Source: Octopus vulgaris | Lineage: Eukaryota | Assembly (NCBI GenBank): GCA_951406725.2 | Contig: OX597839.1 | Coordinates: 31,434,001-31,498,000 of the forward strand | DNA length: 64,000 nucleotides | Direction: 5' to 3' | Translations under genes and position numbers: made by a program | In this document: piece after piece, positions 14,152 to 26,329 of the stretch | Layout: every line of letters starts with the position of its first letter | Position numbering within the stretch: the stretch's first letter is position 1 | The notes under the pieces: generated by a model | Seen by the model: the letters and a program-made list of their open reading frames with translations, nothing else | Told to the model about the DNA's origin: nothing | The model's database searches: none

Positions 14152-14736
14152 TAGTATGTTCATATTAGTATATATATACATACATACATATGCGTATATG
14201 TATATAATACCAGAAACACACACACACACATACACACACAAATTTGCGTCTGTTTCTGTAATGACGGCAACCAATTAGAAATTACTATTTTGAAGAATAT
14301 ATTTGTAAATGCAAGCAATTGCAACTGCTGCATGAATTGCATAATAATTGCAAAAATGTCACCCACTGCAAGGATAAACGCACGGATGACAAATGCAACC
14401 GATTCTGTGCAAGAGGGGGAAGAAGCAGCTGTAAGTCAGCCATGATTTCTTCACAGATATTCAGATAATTAGAGAATGGTGAGATGTCTAGACACTTCCA
14501 CTAACAACCACACACCGGAATTAGAATGGAAACTGTTCTGGAAAGAAAGAGATCTACTTTCTTCGCTTACAATTGTGGTGGGAGTCAGGAGTGGAGTGGA
14601 GGGGTGGGGCTGTCGATATGGAAAGAATTGGTCCAGTGTTCAGAGAGAAAGAGAGAGAGAGAGAAAACACGCTTCAGAATGTGTGTTTGTGAATCTACAA
14701 ATCTGTACATGAATATACATATGTGAATGAATATAT

Positions 14737-14797
<61 letters not shown>

Positions 14798-14904
14798 TAT
14801 ATTTACGAAATTGAGGTATAACACTCAATATACTGATATATTGATAATTTTATATACATATATATATATACACATATATATAGATACATATATATATACA
14901 TATA

Positions 14905-15295
14905 TCATCATCATCATCATCATCGTTTAATGTCCGCTTTCCATGCTAGCATGGGTTGGACGGTTCGACCGGGGTCTGGGAAGCCAGGAGGCTGCACCAG
15001 GCACCAGTCTGATCTGGCAGTGTTTCTACAGCTGGATGCCCTTCCTAACGCCAACCACTCCGTGAGTGTAGTGGGTGCTTTTTACGTGCCACCTGCACAG
15101 GTGCCAGGCGAGGCTGGCATCGGCCACGATCGGTTGGTGCTTTTAACGTGCCACCGGCACAGAAGCCAGTCAAGGCGGCGCTGGCATCGGCCACGTTCGG
15201 ATTGTGCTTTTTATGTGCTACTGGCACAGAAGCCTGTCGAGGCGGTGCTGGCATTGGCCACGTTCAGATGGTGCTTTTTATGTGCCACCGGCACA
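14905..15295 (-). mobile_element. (GAT)n-tailed SINE-like family D, with internal about 60-bp tandem units
   Basis: GGAGTGGTTGGCGTTAGGAAGGGCATCCAGCTGTAGAAA...CCAACCCATGCTAGCATGGAAAGCGGAC...(GAT)n, with repeated gtgccaccggcaca units. Confidence 0.82.
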
Positions 15296-15331
15296 TATAT
15301 ATATATATATCTGGAAAAGTATGATAAACAC

Positions 15332-15429
15332 AAGTTCCCTACATACGTTTCACCATTGCGGCTATTTGCAACAAGCTGTTCATAATGCTATTGGATGCAT
15401 ATTCACAATAGTTCTTCAGGGAAGCACTT
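15332..15429 (-). ncRNA. Type I hammerhead ribozyme motif with long stem II, near-intact
   Basis: Minus strand: aagtgcttcc CTGAAGA actattgtg...cgcaatggt GAAA cgtatg TA gggaactt. Core boxes are canonical, stems I and II pair, and the triplet is GUA. Confidence 0.75.
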
Positions 15430-17825
15430 TACATTATGTCGAAATCTCTCTCTCTCTGTATATATTTGTATATTTGTCATGCTTAGTGTCAACATACTGA
15501 AAATCAATTAAGGGTTAGTGAGAGGAAGAGCATGGCTTTAAAACAAGGCTTCAATGGTATAACTGCCAAATGCAGGTTGGAATGGGAACATGGACATAAA
15601 AACGAATGAAAATGAATAAAAAAAATTACATGTATAAAAGCATCTTTATATATGTATAGTCATGTGAATGTATCTGTATGTGTGTATACATGTAGAGACC
15701 AGAAGACTATTCAGTGTTCCATGGCAAATAGAGAATACAGTTGGAAGGGAATTTGTTGAATGAGAATCACCGTAATTGTGTATAAATTTGTTATTTCAAA
15801 CACATTATTTTGTATAATTTTTAACAGAGCAACATTGCTTTTTTTATTTCTTAAAATATTGCATATGTTCCAATAATTCCTTGTGAAAGGAAATAACACA
15901 ATGCCATTCCAGCTATGCCAGTCCAATCAATATATTTTCCTATATACACAATGTATATGCAGTGTCTATCATATATATATATATATACATAACACACACA
16001 CACAATATATATATGCAGTTTATATCATACACCCCCCCACACACACAATGTATATACAGTGTCTATACAATGTATGGCTGAGTTGTATAACAAGCACGAC
16101 CCCTTCCACACACCTTTTTAAGCTTTGATTTTATTTAGAAAATGTACTTCAAAATCAAGAAGTTACCGTTGGCCATGTCGGGCTGCTATACAGGCCTCAG
16201 CCCCATGGTTCTGGCTGGACTTGTCAGTGCTTTTACTCAGACATTCTCATCTCACTCGTCTTCCCTTCTCTCATCATCCTTGTTGTGTCTCACGCCATGC
16301 TCAGTCCTTCCTTCCCTGAATGTCATCCCTCTGGAACTCCCTTTCTGTTCATGTTTTTCCCCATAGGTGTTGACATACAACAGCACAAAAGGATCATCAA
16401 TGGAACCAACCTCATAGATCTAAGAGGGTCCATAAGGGCCAAGAACACTATTCTTCCCTTCACATTCAACAGCTAAAAATAAAAATGTCCTGACCATCAC
16501 ATTGAGTCCCATGCAATTCACCACAGCATTTTGGATTGTGCAGCATGTTCGTCAGTGACATGAATGATTTGGAAGATATCTCTATGAGCCAGACTTTGTT
16601 ATTTGGATGACTTCCTGTATACCACAGAACTACTTAACCAGGGATTAACTGGGGGCTACACAGCAACAACCACATCTAAATGTAAAGACAATAATCACTC
16701 TAGCCACTTGTTCAGCTAATCAACAATCTCACGAAAAATGTTGAAATATGAATGAAAAACCATAAAAATAATGACTGTAAACAGAGGAGAACCATACACA
16801 GTAGACTGTCATCTAAACCATGTATACACACTAAACAATGTAAACACCATATCTAGACATCATAAACACATCATACTGTCATCTGAACAGATGTTATGCC
16901 GTTGTTTTAAATAATTTATGGCTATTGTGTCAGATTGTTCAACACACAATATAACTTAGCTATGGTGAAGATAATTGAGAAGAGACACACAGACATATAT
17001 GACAAGGGATTCAATCAAGTTTCCATTTGCTAAATCCACTTACACGGCATTGGTCAGGCCGAGGCAGTAATAGAAGACACTTGCTCAAGAGGCTGCACAG
17101 TGGAATGGAACCCTGAACTCTGTGGTTGTGAAGCAAGCTGCTTAACCACACAGCCACGCCTGCACCTTGTTTATATCCACTTCATGGAAAAACCTAAAAG
17201 TTCCAACTCTACTTTACAAGTGAAACCTGTTATGAATAGTAAATTATAATAGAATTATCACCCGTTGTGATGTACAAGTAAATAGATATAGCATTATGAT
17301 AATTTTTACCTTATTTCAAACAAAATTTATTTAGCTTCTAGTGTTATATTTGTCTACTAGACGACTATACTGCCTTTAGCCATATTATAGCTAGTTTAAC
17401 ATATAAACTATGAACACATTTAGCCATTTAGGCCTGGTGCTGTATACTAATGGAATTGGACAATATTTATTCTGAAAATATAACAGAATCTAGTCTCTCA
17501 AAGAAACTTCCAAGCATCAACAGAAGGCTGGGTTTTGTAAAAAAATGTAAAGAAATAGTTTGGTTCTCAAAGAGAAATGGCAGAGGACAAAACTGTAACC
17601 GTTTAGCATTCAGATAAGTTTTCTGTCAACTGTTATCCTTATTTGTCCACTTTGTTTTGTATGAATCCTGCATTATCTTGTAGCTTCCAGATTTCAATGA
17701 TGTGAGTGTGGTATTTTTAGAATGAGATTATGGGATTTGTGCAAGAGGCCAGATATGGTCTCTCACAGGGTTTGATCATAAAACAAGAATAATTGGACCT
17801 TGAATATGACTGGTTTAGATGCTAA

Positions 17826-18074
17826 TCATCATCATCATCATCATCATTGTTCGAGACAATGGAATTTACCATGCTACGCCAGACTTCATGGTCCATCATG
17901 GCATTACGGAGGTCCTGTTGCTGGATGCCTGTATCCCTAGAGATTACATCAGGGTAGGAGAGTGTGCGCCCTCTGGTATTGCGAGTAGATGGCTTCCAGA
18001 GGAGAAGAGTAGAAATTACCTCTTTTTCAGCTCTACAACAATGTCCAGCAAACTGGACTCTCTTACTTTTCACA
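17826..18074 (-). mobile_element. 5'-truncated RTE-clade LINE, same subfamily as 9152-9446
   Basis: High identity to the 9152 copy, (GAT)n tail, and 9-bp TSD agatgctaa (17817, 18075). Confidence 0.88.
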
Positions 18075-18597
18075 AGATGCTAAAGGGATACTTATATACA
18101 TTGTGTAAGTCTTTAGCCTTTCGATTACCCCGCAACACATAATGTTGTTTTGAAATTAATCCAGCATTATCACAAAACTATGAGATTTTGATGATGCGAC
18201 TGTTTACTTTTGGAACGATATTGTAGGGTAGGCGTGAGAGGTAGGATCTGACGGGTTTGAATGTAAAGCAGGTAGAATATTTGAGCTTGATGTGGCTGGT
18301 TTAAATGGTAAATGGCTAAAAGATCTGTTTGGAATTGTTGAATGAATGTGTTTAAATGCCGTAAAGAATCAATCTTTGTATGGTTTGGAGATACTGATTT
18401 TACTGGTCAAAGTATATTACATGACGACTGTTTTGCTATTCAATGAACCATGTAATACAGAGTTACACTGGATATTCTATTACAGACTATATTATCATAT
18501 ATAAATATCAATATATGCGTGTGTGTTTGCATGTGTATATATATATATATATATAAATGAAAAATACAACTGCAAACTTGAGAGTATAAATATGTTC

Positions 18598-18720
18598 TTT
18601 TATTAATATTGAGCTGAAGCAACAGTGACTCAAGGGGTGAGAGTTTCAGGTGTTAAGTGTTAATGCACGAAACTCTCAGCTCTTGAGTCACTCTGTTGCT
18701 TCTGTCAAATATTAATAAAA
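18598..18720. repeat. Fold-back (about 50-bp arms) containing the 3' half of a hammerhead
   Basis: 18598-18647 pairs with 18669-18720. gtgt-taat-gcac GAAA ctc...gag TC. Ends in AATAAA then TA/TG repeats. Confidence 0.8.
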
Positions 18721-18759
18721 TATATGTATATGCACTCACACACACCTGTGTGCATGTAT

Positions 18760-18825
<66 letters not shown>

Positions 18826-19078
18826 GTGCGTGTGTGTGTGTGTGTGTAAATAAAGTGTTCCACATCTCCATGCTATAATGATATCAAAGCAACAAAGACA
18901 CTTGCCGTGTAGAAATCGGTGAATAGTTTTCAGCACTGCTTTATAATACAATGCCTACTTCTGAAGAACCACTGAGATTCCTTCAGACATGTGTGAAGAG
19001 CTTTGGTAGCAGATTCCAATGTTCCCACCACAACACAACGCTTGGAAAATTATCTTCAACAAAACCAACCCAAGATAC

Positions 19079-19315
<237 letters not shown>

Positions 19316-20754
19316 AACGAAAAACAACAGCACAATGAGTGGAGTGAGAGATTGTAGTTTGTAAGTTTTTTTTTTTGCTTTGTTTGTTTGTATTTTGTTG
19401 TTTAGTGATTGTAATGTAAAGGAATGGAAGTAGGTAAACACAAAAGCAGATGAAGATGTAATTAAGGACAGTAACAGGAATGGTAAACAAAATTACAGCA
19501 GGAATTATTGCTGGAAATTCTAAAGAACAACAGATACACACGGTGTAGGGAAATCTTTAAAGATTAATCCATGCAAGTTGGTTTGCTACTGTTGTTATTG
19601 AGGATAATAATGTTACTGATGTTGTTGTTATTGTTGTTGTTGCTATCTAAGTTGGGTTTTTTTTTTCTTCTGTTATTTATTACTTTTAGCTTCTTCAGAA
19701 ACTAAATGAGGAAGAAAAATACAAACAGCAACAACGACGACAACATCAAATAACAACATCCTACTAACACACAAACAATTAGGTTGCCGTGTGTTACTAA
19801 GGTAGAACAGTGTACGGAATGGGATTAGAAGCTAAATACATTTTGTAAAAGATGACAAGAATGGAAAATGCACTCAGAGTTTTTTTTTAAAGCTGAGTTA
19901 ATTTAAACGAAACACAGTTTCTTGGTAATTAATGTTTTATGTTCATACTGGAGTCTATCGTTAAAACAGAAGGTGTTAATTAAGAAAGGAAAATCTCTAA
20001 AACAGGAAGAATTGAAGGGAGAGATGAAAGGAAAATGTGTGTAAGGAGATCTTGTTAATAAAACAATTCAACATCTAGTAGAGCTGAGTTGAAAAACTTG
20101 TTTAACCTGAATATTTGAGCATAGGCTGAATGGCTTGATGGAAGCGGATGACCAGGAGGACTGCACCTAGCTCCAATGGCTGCTTTGACATAGTTTCTAA
20201 GTTTGAGGCCCCTCCTCACACCAGTCACCTTACAGAGTGTACTGAGTGCTTTTCCTGTGGCACCAGCACCAGTGAGGTCACCAAGTAACTTGCAAGACAA
20301 GACCCCTCAACTGAAGGGGCTGCAGTATTGAGAGAGGTGGCTTTAATCCAGGTGATGAGAAGTTAGAGTATAAACATAGGGACTGAAAAGGGTTGTCTTG
20401 CAGCAGGTACAAGAATGAGGGACAGGAGCAGCCATGTTTGGAAAGGGGAACCGACAATGTTGATGCGCTTCATTTAACCTCGTTCATCATCAACCGACTG
20501 CACATTTTTGTTTTATATAGCTTAATCATTGTTGTTGGTATTGTTTAGCCCAGGGTCAGATAACACAAGGGGTATTCTAGTTGTGACAACCTCATGTAAA
20601 ACTACATTAGCCAATGTGTCGTACCAGAAATTTAAAGACATTGCAAACCTGAAGGAAATTTGGACTTCTATTGACTTTGATGGGATTTGAATTCAGAAAT
20701 GGCAGATAGTCAGAACAAACACGATATAACATTCTAGCCAACATACCATATATC

Positions 20755-20810
<56 letters not shown>

Positions 20811-20878
20811 AAGTAGATAACAAGCTGCCCTCGGGAAGGAATTTGGTTAAATCTTCATTCAGCTCCATTCTTTACTAT

Positions 20879-20978
<100 letters not shown>

Positions 20979-21011
20979 TATATATATGTATATATATGTG
21001 TATATATATAT

Positions 21012-21048
<37 letters not shown>

Positions 21049-21217
21049 CATATATATTAGTGAGTGGACAAATGAAAGAAAGAGTCACTCAACACTTTTG
21101 GTATGAGTTACACAAGTTATTCATTTAATAACAGCTTGATTTAGCTCCTGGCAACTTAAAGCTTCATAGACTCATTAAACAAGCATAGCTCGTCAGGTTT
21201 CAACTGAATTAAATAAA

Positions 21218-21255
<38 letters not shown>

Positions 21256-21564
21256 AAGCATGAATAAACGAAGCAGTGGGGATCTCAATGATTGTCGTGA
21301 TTAACTCAATAGCATTCTGGCATGTTATGGATTCTCATATTACGTAATAAGTTGTGAACAAATAAACAGCCATGCTATTGAAACACATGTAGCATAATTT
21401 GAATGAAAACTACTCTATTCATATTCTTCTTATTATGTATGTGTGTCTATATACATATACACACACACACAATACTATGTATATACATACAGTATGTATG
21501 TGTATATATATAAATATATGCATATATATAATACATATAAATATATATATATGCATATATAATA

Positions 21565-21614
<50 letters not shown>

Positions 21615-21989
21615 TAGATAGATAGATACATACATACATATATACATACATACATACATGTATATAGTAATGAGATTTTGTCTGCTGCTATATATATATT
21701 TCTTTTGAGCTCGATGGTTATTTGTAGACCATACAAACTATTACAATGTTGATACAATAGAATGGAGTTTTCTGAATCACAAAGTATTATGATCAAAAGA
21801 AAACATTTGAACAGTGACACAATTTGTGGCGGAACTGTCTCAAAATATTCCTGTTTGTGCTGAAATTTGGTTAACAAATTAATATAAGCATTTCATGAAT
21901 AATCCTGATGAGACCCAAGGCAAAAATTTTGGAAAAAAACAACAAAATATTGAAAAGATAAAACTTTGATACTCCAAAATACATGAATG

Positions 21990-22152
21990 CACAGGTATGG
22001 CAGTGTGGTAAGAAGGTTGCCAACCACATGGTCTTGGGTTCAGTCCCACTGCATGGCACCTTGGGCAAATGTCTTGTGTTGTTTACTATATCCTTGGGCT
22101 GACCAAAGCCTTGTGAGTGGATTTAGTAAATGAAAACAGAAAGAAGCCTGTC

Positions 22153-22189
<37 letters not shown>

Positions 22190-22347
22190 TATATTAAATT
22201 AGAGATAAAACCACTATTAGGCAAATCAATTTGCCTAATAGTGGTTTTATCTCTAATTTAATATAATATAATATATTTATACTATAAAATTGGATTTAAT
22301 CCTAAATCTTATTTTTCCCTGTAAGTTTGGATTTATTCCCTAATATT

Positions 22348-22413
<66 letters not shown>

Positions 22414-22645
22414 TGTGTCTATGTGTGTATGTCTTTGTGTTGATTCTTGTCTCCTACCACTGTTTGATAATTGGTGTTGGTGAGTCTACATTCCTATAAC
22501 TTAGCAGTTTGGCAAAAGACACCGATAGAATAAGTACCATTCTTAAAATATAATAACCACTGGGGTCGATTCATTCAATCGAAAATCCTTCAAGGCAGTG
22601 CCCCAGCATGGCCACAGTCTAATGACTGAAACATGTAAAAGATAA
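21990..22645 (+). mobile_element. SINE family A, interrupted in its (TA)n by a palindromic insert
   Basis: Head 21990-22153 and tail 22410-22645. Confidence 0.8.
22179..22276. repeat. Perfect palindrome: 48-bp arms, 2-nt loop
   Basis: ...ccactattaggcaaat CA atttgcctaatagtgg... lying inside the (TA)n tract of a SINE. Confidence 0.95.
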
Positions 22646-23359
22646 TAGAAAATAAATGATTAAAAGAGCAAAGAATCCAGTAATTAACTAGTTAATTAAT
22701 GAGATTATGATCATAGAGACATTATCGTTATCGGGTGATAAGCACAAGGTATTTCTTGGGCAATGTTGAGATGTTTTAGTAAATTGAAAACCATAAATTC
22801 CCTGCTGCTTTAGCAAATGCAAGAGGTGAATGGTTCAGTTCTTGTTTATGAACCTCAAACTGTTATTAACTCTACATTGATATTGTTTACGTGAAAAAGA
22901 AAAAAAAAAAGAAAATATCTGGGTTTTAAATTAAAATTCAGACATTTATAGTAAGAGAAAGAACAGCTCAACTAATTGCAGTCTTTCAATGAGTTTGGCT
23001 TGAAATTGAATGGAATTAAAATTAGTCTCTCTGATTGGATAATGTCTTACTAGCATTTCAACTTTAGGTTGATTAATAAATACACACACACACACACGCT
23101 CTCACACATACACTCACATATACATACACATACAATATACACATATATACACACACACACACATAGATGCACACAGACAACATACACATACATACACACT
23201 AAATACAAAAGGAGAGACAGGGTTGGAAAAAGATACAGATATATTTGTTCCCCACACTGAATAACCATATTTTTCTTACACTTCACGGATGGGCTGACCC
23301 GTTTGTTACCTGAAAACCACAAACACACACACACACACACTACATGCACACAGATATTT

Positions 23360-23401
<42 letters not shown>

Positions 23402-23904
23402 CAGTCTGTCAGTGTGAAGCAGTGCATCAAGTTGCATCCCTTCACATCAAAAAGTAACTCAGCCATTCGATAAAAAAACCAAGAGAACAAAATAAAATAA
23501 AATAAAAGGACACAAAGAAGTAAAGATGGCAATGGCCTAATGGTTAAGGCGTTGGGTTCATAGCCATAATGTCATGGTTTCAATTCCTGCACCAGGCAGT
23601 CCCTTGTGTCATGAGTAAGGCACATCATCTCATGTTGCTCCAGTCCCAATTAAATGAAAACGAGCCTCACCGACCCAGTGCCATGCAGCTCCCCTCTCTC
23701 TCTCTCCCCTCCTGGCTTTCAGAATCTGGATGTTCCAGTGAGCCATAAATACGCCAAGATGGTATCTCTGTTGGCTCACCAGAACAATTAGTGGAAGTGG
23801 TACAGACTGCCAGGCCATATTTTCTTGTGAGTGGTGGTGGCCACTGGGTGTGTGTGTGTGTTTATATAAGTGTGTGCATTGTGTTCTCTGTGACCAGCTC
23901 AACA

Positions 23905-24123
23905 CCTATTTCTTTATTACCAACAAGGGTAATATAGAGGGGACAAACATAGAGGGGACAAACAAATACAGACATAGGTATTAAGTCGATTACATCGACC
24001 CCAGTGCGTAACTGGTACTTAATCTATCGACCTCGAAAGCATGAAAGGCAAAGTCGACCTCGGCGGAATTTGAACTCAGAATGTAACGACACACGAAATA
24101 CGGCTACGCATTTCGCCCGGCGT
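23905..24123 (-). mobile_element. SINE family B
   Basis: Same central domain. Further copies near 4180, 7370, 27187, 28950, 42725 and 59730. Confidence 0.82.
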
Positions 24124-24802
24124 GACCAGTTCAACACCTGATGTGTGGCACACTGTGCACCTGCTCCGTCAACACTGATTTGATGGAAGCAGTGAGTTAA
24201 TGCACAGCACAGACATTTGATCTCCACAAACAAACCATGTGTGAAGGTCATTCACCGAGGGATGGCAGGACTGTCTTCCGTGCACTCCAGAGACTACCAC
24301 TATTACATGTGGCTGTGTCTGTATGTGTTCATTTATGAGCATACTGTATATGTGCATGCGTATAAATATGGGTGTTCATATATTTAGCTTTTTACATGCA
24401 TATATTTATATATATATAACCAGATTCTTACACAAACACACACACACACACATATATACACACACAAACACACAAAAAAAGATTGATGTGTGTGTCTGTT
24501 GTTTTTGCTTATTGATTATTGGCATATGTATGCACAAAAAAAATGGAGATATAAATTTATGTGTATACACGCATGCATATTTGTGGATATGTGTATATGC
24601 ACATGTGCAAATCTGTATAAAGATTAATAAATATATATATATATACATAATGTAGATATATATTTGTATAAAGAATATACATATCTATACAATGAATATA
24701 TATATATATGTATATATATACAAAAGTTAGCACATAAATGTGAAACAAGGTTGTTAAAAATAGTACTCAATTACCGGAGGTAGAGCAATATGCTTTTCTA
24801 TC

Positions 24803-24959
24803 ATTAAAGCTGTAAGAACACCACAAAAAGTTGTTACTCAGTTTCATGTTCCAATTCATTGGGCAGTTGGGATCAGGAATTGCTGATCACATCTGCTCAA
24901 TGAAAGGGGAATGTGAAACTCTGAGTAACAGTTTTTTGTGATGTCCTTGCAGCCTTAAT
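24803..24959. repeat. Degenerate fold-back (about 75-bp arms) with hammerhead remnants in both arms
   Basis: 24803-24876 pairs with 24883-24959 around a gaattg loop. GAAA-ctctgag-TA-acagtt at 24915-24933. Confidence 0.8.
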
Positions 24960-25034
24960 AATAAAAATGTATATATATAATCAGAAATATAAAATTTCTA
25001 AATATCTCATAGAGATATGTACGGTGGTGGGGCG

Positions 25035-25197
25035 ATAGAATGGTTGTATACTGTCAATCTAACGTGACAGTAGGGGATTACACCACCGCTGTTTAGCCCT
25101 AGGAAGCATCAACGCCTCCTGATGGCGTCGATGCTTCCTAGGGCTAAACAGCGGTGGTGTAATCCCCTACTGTCACGTTAAATTGACAGTATACAAC

Positions 25198-25205
<8 letters not shown>
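25035..25205. repeat. Fold-back palindrome: 82-bp arms, 7-nt loop, 2 mismatches
   Basis: 25035-25116 is the reverse complement of 25124-25205. The right arm abuts (TA)n. Confidence 0.97.
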
Positions 25206-25282
<77 letters not shown>

Positions 25283-26038
25283 AAAAAGGAGATGTGGAAC
25301 ACGAGTTGTGATATATAAAAAAAGGAAATGAAGAAAATGCTGACAAAATAATTTAAGTAAGGGAGAGTGTATTTAATTAGGTTTATATATATACACACAC
25401 ACACACAGATATATTTATACAAACACACACACACATTTATACATCCACACACACACATACATACGTATAGATTTCAAGAAAGAGCCATGTTTTCTTAATA
25501 TGCGAGATTTGGTGGTTGCTCTTTTGCAATTCAATTTTGATCTGCTTTGTTTTCAGTTGTTTTTGTTGTTTCTGCGATGGAATCCGTTTATCCGTTTCTC
25601 TCAAAACTTGCTAAACCTCATCACTGAGATGACTTACAGAGGAACAATGGCCGAGGAACTTTCCTCAGCTTCTTCTTCTCTGCTGAAGCCAGCTTTGTGA
25701 TTCGTGCAACGCTTACAAGGCAAGAATTTGAATATAATTTTGGTGTGCTGTTTGTTTGTTTGTGTTTTTATTATTGGCACACACTGAGGAGGCATTTTAT
25801 GGTTTGGTATTGCAAATGGTAGGATGGTGCTGTAGAGCATAGCAGCAGCAGCAGCAGCGGTGGTGGTGGTAGTGGTGGTGGTGGTGAGTGAGTGATTCCA
25901 GTTTGACTTTATCAGTGTGTTTGCTGTGTTTTGTCCAATAGTGTCAACATGCAAGGATTCTTTGTTGGTAAAATGCAGAGCAGGTCTGCAGGCAATGTGT
26001 GCTGCTTCGTAATAACAACAACAACAACATCAACAATA

Positions 26039-26069
<31 letters not shown>

Positions 26070-26169
26070 CAATCGATGTTATAGTTTTATGGAACGCTAA
26101 CAACTTTCATGTCTTCCAGTTAAACGATATCTTCAAGTGATACATTGAACAACAAATAAAAATAGTCAC

Positions 26170-26227
<58 letters not shown>

Positions 26228-26228
26228 A

Positions 26229-26280
<52 letters not shown>

Positions 26281-26283
26281 GTA

Positions 26284-26329
<46 letters not shown>

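Noticed and set aside
15075-15295. Spaced direct repeats resembling a CRISPR array
   Set aside because: The spacers are similar to each other and belong to the internal tandem units of SINE family D. The context is eukaryotic, with no cas genes.
14930-15385. Recurring ORFs containing LQLDALPNANHS or WLALGRASSCRN
   Set aside because: They are chance frames through SINE family D copies, not a protein family.
21905-21935. CTGATGAG followed by gacccaaggc, hammerhead-like
   Set aside because: There is no GAAA box and no pairing stems.
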